Origin: Felis catus
Lineage: Eukaryota
Reading direction: 5' to 3'
DNA: 64,000 nucleotides
Assembly: GCF_018350175.1 (NCBI RefSeq)
Contig: NC_058373.1
Location: 112,780,001 to 112,844,000 of the forward strand
The position numbers and the translations under genes were made by a program. Numbering within the stretch: position 1 is the first letter of the stretch; every line of letters starts with the position of its first letter. The notes beneath the pieces are model-generated. The model made no database searches and had not been told where the DNA came from. It saw only the letters and a list, made by a program, of their open reading frames with translations. This document shows positions 37,936-51,572 of this stretch, one piece after another.

Positions 37936-39871
37936 ACAAAAGTAGCTGCTTTTTTCAAAATGTTCTTTCCAGCTGAATTTAAATCTATCTATCTCGGATG
38001 ATAGCTCTATTAAAATGTTAATGCAAGTATCTAACATTTATGAAAAACTTACCATGCTCCAGGCATTGTGGCACACAGATGGAGGAGGAGGGTGCAGTTT
38101 GAAGAGGAGGAAGGGACTAAGGGAAATAAGAGGCTGGAGAAGCTATCAAATCATGACCTCCAACTGGCCATATAGTTTTTGCAGATGAACCTCCTAATTG
38201 CCATGCTAATGGGACTTTAATGGGCTTTATTGTAAAGGTCAATAAAGGAATTTAACATGGAATGACAAGATCGAATTTGAAATTTTGAAAGAACATTTAC
38301 CACTATGTGAAGAATGGATTGATTCCGGGTGAGATCAGAAGCAGGAATCTGATGAGAGCTTGAATTAAAGCTGGAGCAATAGAAATAGAAAAAATAATAC
38401 AGGATTTTTTGAAACACTAAGGAATCACAATTGACAGGATTGGGAACTACATGTGGCAGGTAAGGAAGTAAAAAATGACCCCCAATTTTTAACTTGGGCA
38501 ATATGTGAATTACAAGATTTTATATTGATATGACCCATACTTTATCTTCATAGTCTTAACAAATAAGTATGTGTTTGCTAGTTGGACTGGAAGGAGAAGA
38601 GCAGTTGAGACAGATGTGTCAGAAGAAAATCATGCTGTGTACTAGAAATTAATTAAGTTTGCTGTTGCTAGTATATGTAAGAGCAAAGAGAGATGAAGTT
38701 GAAGAGAAAGGACAAATCATGAAAGACCTAGAATTACTCTAGGTCATCTGAACTGTTACCCTACAGCAGTAGGAAGCTTTTTTTTAAGTCTTTATTTTAA
38801 TTCCAGTATAGTTAATATACAGTGTTTTATTAGTTTCAGATATACATGTAGGAAGATTTTTTGATGGTTAAAAATACAATTAAATGATGTTGAGAAATTT
38901 CCCTAGAACCCCAGAATTTGGACCATGACTTTGGAAGATATTGGCTAGGTTTGGCTAAGAAAATAATTATTTCAAATTTAAAAGCATTTATTAAATATTT
39001 TTAAGCGATGTAAGATTATTCTCAAGAATCTGAATAATACGAAAAAGTAGGGAAAAAAAATCAGTCTCATCCTACTACTTAAAGATAACTACTACTAACA
39101 TATAATTATTTTCTTCCAGTATACCCATTGGATTGTATATTAATTGGGTTGTATAGTAATTCACAGTTATAATTGTACTGTAATTTATACTTTTTTAAAA
39201 AAACTATAGCCCTTGTATCAGCAGAATTAGTTGTGAATTAACTCCTTTTTTAGGCCTATGGAAAGATGAGGACAATATCAAGTGCCCAATAAATTTAGAA
39301 TAAACTATATAATTTCTGCTTATGTACAAAATACCTTAAAAACTATTTCTATTTTCACCAGTGACACTGACTCTTCATATTTGCCTCTGTGATCACCTGT
39401 TCTAAGATTTTCTTTCTCAACTATACAAATTGACATCTACCACATGCCTAACGATCACATTGAGTAATGTCTACTTCTTACAAAAGATGTTAGCCAAAAT
39501 TTACTTTTTTATTAGTCTGTCATTGAAATTAATAAATAGAATAGGTATTCTGGAAGTTGTAGCCTTATGTGCTCACACCTAATAATATGAGAAACAACAC
39601 CATGTAGAGAAGATTCACTAAGGGAAATGTGGCTTTTATGAGCTGGTAAAACTCCTCTAGCTACAAAAATGACTCTGAACTTCTCTTGGTTCTTTTTCCC
39701 AGGGCATTATAGAGACTAGTTAGTTAATGCTTAGAAAAAGGCTTTAAAAGGTACTTGTTAGACTCCACTTTTAGAGATATAATAGCTGTGATTTCTAAAG
39801 AAAAATTACTTCTTCTCTACCATTGTCTAAAGAATGTTTAACCTACTGAAGAAAACAATTCTAATTTTGCA

Positions 39872-40071
39872 TTTTTTTAAATGTTTGTTTATTTTTGAGA
39901 AGGAGAGAGAGCACAAGCAGGGGAAGGGCAGAGAGAGAGGGAGACAGAGGACCCAAAGCAGGCTCTGCCCTGACAGCAGATAGCCTGATGCAGGGCTGGA
40001 ACTCCCAAACCATGAGATCAATGACCTGAGCCGAAGTCAGATGCTTAACCGACTGAGCCACCCAGGCACCC
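39872..40071 (-). mobile_element. CanSINE
   Basis: TSD CTAATTTTGCATTTT. Confidence 0.93.
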
Positions 40072-40164
40072 CTAATTTTGCATTTTAATACTAGTGGCAT
40101 TTATGAAAACATTCTAAATGGAAACTAACAAATATATATTTAAATTTATATACATATACACACA

Positions 40165-40676
40165 TGTCGACCTCAAATGGCCCATGGACCTAGGGCAGTG
40201 AAGGAACTGAGAAAAAGAGACCACAGTGTAGCGAGGCACAGGAGACCCCGAGCCAACAGCCCGAGGTACTGAGGTTTATTGTACATTTTCTTATATACAT
40301 TTTCAGGAAAAACAGGTCAGCAATGATTAACAACAGAAGCTTAGCAAAGCATGTCAACAATGTACATCTGATTCAGCTATCATACATATCTTGCATACAA
40401 GAGCAGTCTTGCAGATACCTATGTTCCGATAAGAGTCTTCACGACAGAAGCAAAGTCAAAGAAGGGAGTGAATGCACTGTGCTATATACAGCTGGCTTCC
40501 TTTCAGGAACATCCCTATCTGCGTACTAAAGAACAGACCACATTTCCCAAAGGCAATTCACTCAAGTCCTTTCAGGTTATTTTTAACCTTACGATCTCAA
40601 GTTTTCTCAGAGATCTTGGAGCCTGCATCAATATGCACCTATGGTCATTGTGGTGTTCTGTTTGCCACATACAACA
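40165..40676 (-). mobile_element. Solo LTR, 512 bp
   Basis: TGTCG...CAACA termini; flanking CACA duplication (40161-40164/40677-40680); minus-strand TATATAA (40291-40297) and AATAAA (40275-40280); several CpGs retained. Confidence 0.75.
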
Positions 40677-41778
40677 CACATACGTACACATATATGTGCA
40701 CACACACACATATACATACATATATTTATAACTCTGAAATTATATCCTGACAGCCTCTTACTTTGGGGAAAAAGAGAATTCTCAGCTTTTTGGCTATTTA
40801 GGTTTAAAAAGGGGATCCTAGCAGCCTAACAAAGCAAGCTGGAGTTCAGAGACCCAAAAGGGCACAAAGCCAGAAATCAAACAGCAGGACAAGAATGAAC
40901 CAAGGGATTTCAAACCAAATAATATACAAGCTCTGAGGTTTGTATTCCTGAACCAGAATGACAGCAAAGCAAAGGGTAATTACTAATTGTGTAAGCAAAG
41001 AAGAGAAAGGTAATGAAACAGGGGTGCAGGAAAGGGAAAGATTGTATCTGAAAGCTGGTCTTTTGCCATAGTAGCTATAATCAGGACCTACAATTTTTAA
41101 TGTATATACACCACTAGTACTGCTAGTAAGGGCAGGAACCTAAGGATCATGATTTGAGTCCTTTCTCAAGAGCCCCCAGTCCTTAGGAACACTACAATGG
41201 AAAATTCCTGTTGATCATTTGCAGCCACCTCAACTCAAAAGACTTTACTTGCCTTTGTTGGGTGTGTTAACACTTGACTCATACTTACAGTTTTTTAAAA
41301 ATGATTTTATCCTTTTTTCATGTAGCTTTAGCTAATCTATTTTATCATTATATCTTCTAATACCATTTTTTTCATTTCATCTCTTTTTCGCCTGTACATT
41401 CAGCTAAGTTTATCTGTTTACTTTTAATATCTATTTAACTTATTTGTATGTGACAAATTAAAAAAAAAAAGAGCCAAAGGAAGACAGCTATAAAGACAGT
41501 TTATACCTGATCATGGGAAATAAATTATTTTTCCTCCTTTTGGCCTTATAATTTTTCCATAGATAAACCTCCTGATCTAAAAATAACCTTTAAGGGTTAA
41601 TTATTTAGGTAGTACACTGAACAAAGCTAATTTTCCATTTCCCTGACTACTTGACCACAGGTAAAATATTTTTTTATTCTCCTTTTTCATTTCCCTACAG
41701 CATTGAGCCTTTTACCACTTTTAAACAAAAAGGTAAAGAGAAGAAAAACCCAGTTTCAGCTTATTATTAAAAAATGTG

Positions 41779-42234
41779 TGGGGGTGCCTGGGTAACTCAG
41801 TTGGTTAAGCGTCAGACTCTTGATTTTGACTCAGGTCATGATCTCACAGTTCATGAAATCAAGCCCCACGTGGGTGTCCTCTGCACTGAGAGCACAGAGC
41901 CTGCTTGGGATTCTCTTGTCTCTCTCTCTCTCTCTCTCTCCTCTCCCCAACGCATGTGCATGTATTTTCTCTCTCTCTCTCTCTCTCAAACTTAAAAAAA
42001 AAATTTTTAATGTTTGCAACCATTTTTTTAAGTTTATTTATTTACTTGAGAAAGACAGAGATAGCACAAATGAGGGAGGGGCAGAGAGAGATGGAGAGAG
42101 AGAAAATCCCAAGCAAGCTCCGCACTGCCAGCATAGAGCCTGATATGGAGCTTAAACCCACAAAACCGTGAGATCATGACCTGAGATGAAACCAAAAGTC
42201 AGATGCTTAACCAACTAAGCTACCCCGGTGCCCC
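41779..42234. mobile_element. Tail-to-tail inverted CanSINE pair (+ 41779-~42005; - ~42024-42234)
   Basis: Second copy flanked by TGCAA(C/T)CATTTTTTTA. Confidence 0.92.
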
Positions 42235-43117
42235 TGCAATCATTTTTTTAAATAGACAATTCTAGCAAACAGAACATTGAAATTACTGACCAGAATAATG
42301 TTTGAAATTACATGTAGTGTTTATCTCTCAGCCCATATTCTTTGTCAAGCTGTATAGTCTAGTGATTAAAATCAAGCCTTTAGGAACTCGTTCAACAAAA
42401 ATGTTCTACGTGACCACTGTGTGCACAGCATCCTTGAGCTTTGACATTAAGACACGTTTTCCTTTCTCAAAGAGCTGAAAATCTAGTTAAGAAAATAGAC
42501 TTGTATATAAATAAGTATAATTACTGTGAGATATGTAGTTAATATAGTAAGTAATGAGAATCCTAAGAGCATTTAATAGTGCCTCAGTGCAGGAAGAAAA
42601 CATGGAATGGTTATGTGTTGCTTCACAAAGGAGAGACTATTGAAAAAGTTTTTTTTTTTTAATAATTTCAAACTTCAGAAAAGTTGCCAAAATAGTACAA
42701 AGAATTCTTGTATATCTTTCACCCAAAGTCTCCCAATGTTAGCATTTTGCCACATTTGCTTTATCATTTCTCTCTATAAATTTTTTTTTCTGAAATTGCT
42801 TGTGAGTAAATTACAAGCATGATGCCTCTTTATCCCTAATACTTCAAATATATATTTCCTTTATAAATTAAAAAAGGAGAAAAGAAAGAAAAAAAAATCT
42901 CTTACATAACCACAGTGCAATTATCAAAATCAGGAAATGAACCTTGCCACAGTGCTGTTATGTAATCTTATTCAAATTACATTTTGCAAATTTTTCTAAT
43001 AATGTTCTTGATAGCAAAAGGAAAAAAACATTTTCTTCTTCTGATCTGGGATCCAATCCAGAATCATGCATTACTTTTAGCTACTATGTGCCTTTAGGCT
43101 CCTTTATCTGGAGCAAT

Positions 43118-43122
<5 letters not shown>

Positions 43123-43166
<44 letters not shown>
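43123..43166 (+). repeat. Poly(T), 44 nt
   Basis: Read directly. Confidence 0.95.
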
Positions 43167-43295
43167 CCATGACCTTAACATTTTTCAAGAGTATAGCTCA
43201 TTATTTTGTAAAATGTTCCTCAAATTTAGACTTTTTGGATGTTTCTTGATGGTCTGATTCAGATTAAGCATTTTTGATAGAAATAGCTTATATGT

Positions 43296-43513
43296 GGGGC
43301 GCCTGGGTGGCGCAGTCGGTTAAGCGTCCGACTTCAGCCAGGTCACGATCTCGCGGTCCGGGAGTTTGAGCCCCGCGTCGGGCTCTGGGCTGATGGCTCA
43401 GAGCCTGGAGCCTGTTTCCGATTCTGTGTCTCCCTGTCTCTCTGCCCCTCCCCCGTTCATGCTCTGTCTCTCTCTGTCCCAAAAATAAATAAACGTTGAA
43501 AAAAAAAAAAAAA
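43296..43513 (+). mobile_element. Very young SINEC_Fc-type SINE
   Basis: TSD AGAAATAGCTTATATGT at 43279-43295 and 43514-43530; pure A tail. Confidence 0.97.
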
Positions 43514-46500
43514 AGAAATAGCTTATATGTGATGTTGTACCCTTCTCCATGCACCATATCAAGAGGTTCATGATATCATTTTGTTCCATTACTGGTAATA
43601 CTAATTTTGATCACTTGGTTAAGATGCTGTCTTCCAGGTTTTTCCACTACAAAACTACTATTTTACTTTGTAGTTAGTAGAATCTTGTGGGGTTATATAG
43701 TGAAACTATATAAATTCATTGTTTTTCTTCAGATTTTTACCTTCAGTTTCACTATCCGTTGATGATTTTAACCTGAACCAGTTCTTGCTATGATAGTTGC
43801 CAAGTGTTGACTTTCTAATTCCAAAATTTCTTCATTTATCAGTTGGCATTCTGTTGTAAGAAAGAATTTTATTTCATTATTTCTTTATTTATATTAGTGT
43901 TTGTTCATAGAATCTTATTTTTATTTTATTAAAGGGGTTATGTAATCTGTTACTATCCTAATCTACTTTGATGCTTAAATTGTCCCAGTTTTGGCTAAAG
44001 AGAGTCTCTTCCAGTTGACTGCAAGATCCTTTTGACATGTTCCATCATTATTTGATTACTTCCTTACTGAAGAGAGTTGTGAAGGAAGAAAAATAATTTC
44101 TTAGGAAAACAAGATAAGAGAAAATGCATTCTAGGCAGAACGAACATCATATGCTAAGGCAGGAAAATATGAAATAGTATGGTATATTCCAATATCTGCA
44201 ATATCATCAATTTCCTAATGAAGTAGTGAATGAATGATGAGACTGAAAAGGAAGCCAGGAAGCACTTTGTATACTATTCTAAGGAATTTGATTTTATCCT
44301 GTGGGTGATAGTGAACCATAGATAGAGATTAAAGAGCAAACATTTCCCTGTTTCATAATCTTGATGCATAGAAATCCCAGGAGTATTTTCTTTTAATATT
44401 TCTTATATTGCCCTAGAAAATAACACAATCCTTTCAGCCATGTTTTCTAGATTTTGTCAGAAATGCTATGAGGCTCATTATCTTGGATAAATAAGTAGAA
44501 AGATGTTTAAGACTATTAAATTGAAGAAAGTATGAGAGATTATTTTCAGATATACAAAATGCTATATCATTTTAAGCCTATGAACTCTACCATCGCCAGT
44601 GCTTCCTTGGGCTTTGAACTTGATCTCTGTTAATTTGAGAGAGAGAGATATATGAAAGAGTAAATGCTTACATATCTAAACCTCAAATTCCTCAAATTAC
44701 TAAAGGTCCTAGCTATTTAACCTGAACAAACTATCATTTTTACTCTTTAGGTTTCCTAGGAAAGATATTTATTATTTTAGGTGGTTTGCTTCTCTGAAAG
44801 CTCCAGAAAGTAGAAAAATAATGAATTCAAGCTGCAAGTACTATGATAAATAAAGTCAGTGTTATTAATAGGGCAGAACAAATCTATTCCTTGAGATTTT
44901 CTGTATATCCAAAGAATGAATAATGATTTATACTTTAGGCAGTTTGGGGAACTCTTTTATTTTTGTCTTGAGGGATAAAGTTTCCTCTTGAAGATTTTAA
45001 TTTAATCAAGAAGAACCTTCATAAATACCTTTTTTCTGTTATATTCTATCATTTGAAAACATCTTTTCATCATTTACTTCTAATTTAAAGAAGTATTTTC
45101 AAACCAGGATGAAACATTGTATATTAAGAATTGTCACATTAAAAATAATGCATTTGAAGTGGGAAAAATAATTTCATTGGTATAAAATTGGTATAGCTTC
45201 ATTTCAAGATAGCCATGCTATAAGAAAACGGTTACTGCTACATGACAAAGATCTTGAGTTACTCTACTCAGTAGAAAGGAATCCATTTGTACTTTCTGTG
45301 CCATTTTGAAGGCCTCATACATCATAGACATTGCAATTAGTATTTAAACATATCTTTGATGATGGCAATCCTGAATGAACCCATACTGTTTTTACACTGT
45401 CTGTGTTATGTAGTCTTGCTGCATAGAAGACAGGAAATCCCAGTAACATTTTGAGGACTTTTACTTTCAAAGTCAACCCCATGACTGGACTTACGCACTA
45501 GAAAATATGAGAGACGAGTTAAGTTTCACTTATAGAAACCTAGATTTATAAGGGAAACCTCAAGGTGGTCAATCTTTGCCAATTTAGAATTGCTTTAATC
45601 TTATAAGTCTGCTTGAGAAAATTAAGCCCATTGCAGAAGAATGCTATCAATTTAGATGTTATAGTAATTCAACCTGTTATTCTCTGCTCAGTTCAGACAG
45701 CTACTAGTGGAGGGGATGTCTAGATTTCATTTCCCTATCCTTGCCCCACTCCCATATAAAGATCCCATATCCTACAGCACTTAGTAGTTTATTTTTGTCA
45801 AAATAGCCATGCTGCCTACCAATTATCAGTGATAACCATACATTTATAAGTTAAACAGATATTCCCTTGAACACTATAATCTTCTCTATAGGACACGTAT
45901 TTTTGCGTGTTAGTTTTGTAGCATACATGAGTTGAATGGAGCTGATGCCCTCACAGATTCTCTTTGTGACCACTGGTATTTATTTGTAATGTAGCTATCA
46001 GAATATATTTGTGGCTATGAAATATTTTATTTGTGTTTCATAGGAAAAACTCTATCCAAATTTTCTCTCAATTTTTGGATATTTTCTTTATCCAAAATTC
46101 AAGCTGCCTTTTATTATAACCTTCTTACTTTAACAAAAAATGATTCTTTCCTTCCTTTCCTACTTCTGCCGAACTGGATTTTATGGACCATTCAATGAAA
46201 TTTGGCTACCAGACTATATAACCCATCTGGCCTTCAAGAGATAAAAGTACATATTTTTTTTCTTCCATCAGATTTCTGTGCTGGGCTCAGAAGCAAGAAG
46301 AGTATTAGAATGTGGAGGAAAGCAGTTCTTGATTCTTTTTCCTGTGTGATTTAGTTCTTCAATGGCCCAGGACAAATATAAGTGCTTTGGGATTGTAACT
46401 TGCAAAATGAGAGAAGTCAGAGATAACTATTCTTAAATTTTCTGAAGCTTTCACTTTGAAGTTTCTTGCAAGTCACTGCTGTCAACATCAGAAAATAGTT

Positions 46501-47569
46501 AAAATTATGTTTCTTTAAAAAATGGAAACCACAAATTTAGTAACATACAGGGTATACCTTCAAGGAGTTTACAATTGACTAATGTAACTAAGACAAATGT
46601 TTAAATGTCTATAATATAAGATGGAGAGTGATAGGTACCCTTTAAAAATATACAAATAAGATACAAAATTATTTTAAAGATTTTGGGAAAGATTTTTTAG
46701 GCTGGTAGATATCTACACTGCCATTTTCAATTAAAGAGAGACAGAAAACTACCAATTCTGCTGAGCTATAATGTTCCTCATGGCAGAGTATATGCCACTC
46801 TATGTATCCCAATTCCCTAACATACCTGGCTCATAAAATGCATTCAATAAATATTTGTTGAATGGGTGTATATATCACTGATAATCAAACTAACTTTCTA
46901 ATAAGAAAAATTCTATTACAAAGCATATGCAAGAAATAAACTGTACAGTTAAAAAGTACAGTTTTCTCCTCAGAAACTAAACATTTTAAGAGGATAACTT
47001 TTATAAGGTTAGACACAATTTGCACCGTATAGAAAGTAAAATATATTTTAGAAAATATCAGACTTGAGACCTATAAACCTGAATAAAAAACAGAAACACC
47101 TAGCTCTGTCCTCTTCTCCAATTACACTGGTTGTGACAATATGCTTTTATGATATGTAATTGCAAGGTTGAGACTTCAGTGAAAATGAGTAATAAATTTA
47201 TGTTTCTGTTGTAAGTAAATGATAAATCATATCATACATTATCCTTTGTTAGTGTTCACCTACTTAAATTTTGGGTAGACAATGTTACTCATGTTTAGCA
47301 CTAAATCTCTAAGGTCCTTCAAGCTTTGAAAATTTTGTAATTTTATGATTACCCATGGGAGAGAAATGTCATAAGTATAAGCATCTATATAGGTCTTTTT
47401 CTTTGAGTACTTGTACAATATCATATCTTAGAATGGAAACTCTTTGAGGCAGTACCTTTAAGTTAATTCAGTGAAGACGTCTGAAGCAGCTTCTGGGGTT
47501 GGGGTAGGATTATTAAACTTAATAAATTACAATGAGTAGAAACTTACTACTAAGGAATATATACAGTCA

Positions 47570-47935
47570 TTATAAAGTAGATTAAAGAAATAAAAGCTTA
47601 TTTGTCTTGAATATCAAAAGCCTGAAGGCAGATAGTTCAGGGCTTGTTCAGCAGCTCAATATTGTCATCAGAGATGCAGGCTCTTTTTTCTTCTCAGGTT
47701 TCCATTCTTACTGTGTGCGTTTCCATCCTCATGGTTAAAAAATGGCTATGCCAAGTCCTGGTATCTGGCCATGTTCCAAGCAGAAAGAAGAAAGAAGGGC
47801 AAAAGCTTTCTCCTCTTAAAGCTTTGTCTCTTTATCTTTTTATTCACCATAGGAAGCCTGCCCCCAGCTTTCAACATCTTACTGACCAGAATTATGTCTT
47901 ATGGTCACTCTCAGCTGCAGAGTGGCTAAGGAAGA
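47570..47935. mobile_element. Probable MLT1-type (ERVL-MaLR) LTR remnant
   Basis: CCATCCTCATGGTTAAAAAATGGCT and TGACCAGAATTATGTC.ATGGTCAC...AGCTGCA motifs. Confidence 0.55.
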
Positions 47936-48094
47936 ATGGAGTTGTAGATAGCAGACAGGATAGCCAAGCAACTGTGTTTGTAGCTACTCCTTTTCTGTTT
48001 ACCGTCTGGGCTATATACCGTTAGGGTTCTAAAGAAAGGCCAAGCTATTTACGCATGAAGATATAGTGATCTAAGAAGTCCCTTTTTGTCATTA

Positions 48095-49190
48095 AATGAT
48101 TCATTGATTTAACAAATATTTATTTTTATTGTTGAGTATGTCCCAAATACTCTTCTAGATATTGGAGATAACAACAGTTAACAAAAAAGGCAATGGAGCT
48201 TACGTTCTACATAGATAAAGCTATAAAAAAATAAATATAAGTGTATATATGATACAAATTATAGATATGTGGATATGAATATATATGTGTGTATATATAC
48301 ACACACACGAGGAAAAGTAAAGTGGGGTAAAAAGAATAGAAAGTGATGGTAGGTAATATTCTATATAGGGCATTTCACAAAGGCCTCTCTGATGACCTGA
48401 AATAAACAAAGGATGGATGGAGCCATAATATCTGCGGAAGAATGTCCAAGTAGACAAAACAGCAAGTGCAAAGACCCTGAGGAAAGATGTATTTTACATT
48501 CTCAAGGACAAGCAAGGAATCACTATGGCTACAGCACAGTGATCAAGAGAGGAAATGACAGGAGTTGAAGACACTGGAGGCCATAATATGTTGGGCTCCA
48601 TAGGCCATAGCAAAGATTTTATTCTGAGTGAAATGGAAAGTCGTTGGAGAGTTATGAGCAGAGATTAGCACCATCCAATTTAAAATGTAAAAGGATCACT
48701 ATAACGACTGTGTGGAGAATACATTATAGTGGAACAAGGATAGAAGCAGGGAGGCCAGTTAGGGGGCTATTCAATTTCCCAGGAAATAAGTGATGGTTTC
48801 AACTATTGTAGTAATTATGGCAATGGTAAGTAATGGTCAGATTCTAGATATATTTCAACAGTAGTTTAGATTTGGTTCTGATGAAAAGGTTTGGGATTAG
48901 TAACTTGAAGAATGGAGTTGCTATTTTCTGAGATGGAAATAGCAAGAGAATAAGACATTGTAAGGATAAAATAGAAGGGTGGGTAATCAAGAGTTTCATT
49001 TTGGACATGTTAGCTTTGAATTGCCTGTTACACATCCAAGTGCATGTTGGATGATTTACACTCTTATCCACCAGCTGTTTGGATGACATATAAATCTAGA
49101 GTTGAAGGTAGAGGTTAGGATTGGAGATATAAATGAGGAGTTTTAGTGTGTAGGTGATATTAATGCCATGAAGGGGAGTGAATAAGGAGT
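48095..49190 (-). mobile_element. L2 fragment
   Basis: TCATTGATTTAACAAATATTTATT (reversed L2 3' end) followed by typical purine-rich L2 antisense sequence. Confidence 0.8.
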
Positions 49191-49309
49191 AAGTAGCTAA
49201 AAAATAATCTTTTTCTGTGACTTTTCTGAAAATAGAAAATTTCCTGTGAAATCCTAAATAAATTTGAGTTTGAGTATTTCATTTTACTAACTAGCTCATT
49301 AATTAATTC

Positions 49310-49520
49310 AGTGTTTGGTGTGTGGTTAAGGACATAGACTCTGAAGCCAGACTTCCTGGGTTTGAATTCTGGCTCTGCTTGTTGCTAGGTCTGTGATTTA
49401 GGCCAAGATATGTAAACCTCTTTATCCTCATCTGTAAATAAAGATAATAATGGCTCCCCATAAGATTGTTGTGAAGATTAATTAGAACTGTGCCACAATG
49501 CATAGTAAGCACTCAAAAGG
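49310..49520 (+). mobile_element. MIR
   Basis: GTGGTTAAG..AGACTCTGAAGCCAGAC..GGGTTTGAAT..CTCATCTGTAAA core. Confidence 0.85.
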
Positions 49521-49737
49521 ATTATGCAGTAACATCATTAAATTTCACCAAGTTTTGACAAATAATGTAACATTGCTGACTTGATTTAATGTTCCACCAA
49601 AGCAGGCTATATTTTGGAAGCAGGAGAAAATTTCTCACCTTGTAATCTTCATTTACAGACATGAAAATGAGAACTGATGATACTTATAAGACATTTCCAC
49701 TTTTTAATCAGTGTTTCAGCATCATAGTCTTAGTTAA

Positions 49738-49938
<201 letters not shown>

Positions 49939-50842
49939 TAAGATTCATATAATGTTAATACATGGTTTTCCTGAAAGAGAAAGGTTATTAACCATTATCA
50001 CAATTACTATCATCATTCTTTTTGCTTTTTTGCTTCTTATTTCTCGTCAACTCTAAGATCAATATTAATGACATACAGAGTAAGCCACCCATAAAACTTC
50101 CTTTTCATTAAAAAAGAAGGAAAACAATCAACTATGTTTACCCTGTTTGTCAAAATACCAATACTCTAAATTAAAGAAACAGTTATCAGCACTGAGGAGG
50201 AAAATAGTTAACTCTGAGTCTGCCTGATGTCCTTCTGTCAGAAATGAGAGATAATAAATGTGTCTCCTAACCATGTTTTCTTTTGTGGAAAACATCTTTT
50301 TAAATGTAAAATATAAAAAATGTATTAATTTATTCATGGATCACTGAACAACCAGTCTGACCTCAGTTTTTCTGCTTCATCCATCTTCTCATTTTCAATG
50401 AGAGCATATAAGCTCTTAGTTTAATAGCACATAGAGACCAGCCTGTGAAAAGACAACAAAAAGTTAGTATTCCCCAGTGTTTTCAGTTTTTAATCAACCA
50501 TTTCCCTTTCTAAATATTCAGATAGAAGTTTTAGTGCAATTTGAATAAAATACAGTTTCTTAATTGTTTTTGTTATGCAGATAAACACAAAAGGATTGAT
50601 TTTACAAATAAAGGACTTCATAGATCATAAAATATTCAAACTTCAATGAACATTAGAGAGCATCTATACAAACACCATAATTTTTCTGCAAGGACACTCA
50701 GATTCAGACCAGCAGAAAAGGAATAGGACTAAAGTTCAAGACTTAAATTCATCTTTTTACTACATGATAGTGCTCTTCTTTCAGTATTAAAATATAAAAA
50801 ATGATAGAAAACATAAAAAATTCTGTTTAAATTAAAAGGTCT

Positions 50843-51292
50843 GTGGAGCACCTACCTCACTTGGGAGAGCATGTGACTCTTGATCCCGGGTCATTAGTTC
50901 AAACCCCATGTGGGGTGTAGAGTACTTCAATAAATAAAACTTTTTTTAAAAAGATCAGCTTTTCAGGGCGCCTGGGTGGCTCAGTCGGTTAAGCGTCTGA
51001 CTTCGGCTCAGGTCATGATTTCACGGTTTGTGGTTCGAGCCCCACATCAGGCTCTGTGCTGACAGCTCAGAGCCTAGAGCCTGCTCCAGATCCTGTGTTT
51101 CCCTCTCTCTCTGGCCCTCCCCCGCTCATGATCTGTCTCACTCTCTCTCTCAAAAATAAATAAACATTAAAAAAAATTTAATAAAAAGAACAGTCAGGTT
51201 TTTTTTTTTTCAGTAATCTCTACACCACACGTGGGGCTCAAACTCATGACCCTGAGATCAAGAGTCACATACTCTTTCAACTGAGCCAACCA
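50843..51292. mobile_element. Cluster of three SINEs (short + ~50843-50950; full + 50966-~51185; short - ~51198-51292)
   Basis: Three tRNA-derived heads and tails. Confidence 0.85.
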
Positions 51293-51294
51293 GA

Positions 51295-51572
51295 TAAGAA
51301 ACGAAACAGGTGAACATAGGGGAAGGAAAAGAGAGAGAGAAAGAGAGATAAGGAGGCAAACCATAAGAGACTCTTAACTATAGAGAACAAACTGAGGGTT
51401 GATGGAAAGAGGTGGATGGGGGAATGGGCCAAATGGGTGAGGGATATTAAGGAAGGCACTTGTGATGAGCATTGGGTGTTATATGTAAGTGATGAATCAC
51501 TAAATTCTACACTTGAAACCAATTTTACCGTATATTTTAACTAACTAGAATTTAAATAAAAACTTGAGGAAA
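51295..51572 (+). mobile_element. Carnivore L1 3'UTR fragment
   Basis: GCAAACCATAAGAGACTCTTAACTATAGAGAACAAACTGAGGG...TAACTAGAATTTAAATAAAA. Confidence 0.88.

Larger units (their letters stand above)
42650..44065 (-). mobile_element. Ancient L1M (L1MD/ME-like) 3'UTR, containing a T44 tract and a young SINE
   Basis: AATAATTTCAAACTT.CAGAAAAGTTGC.AAAATAGTACAAAGAA motif at the start; later TTTGATCACTTGGTTAAG motif. Confidence 0.75.
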
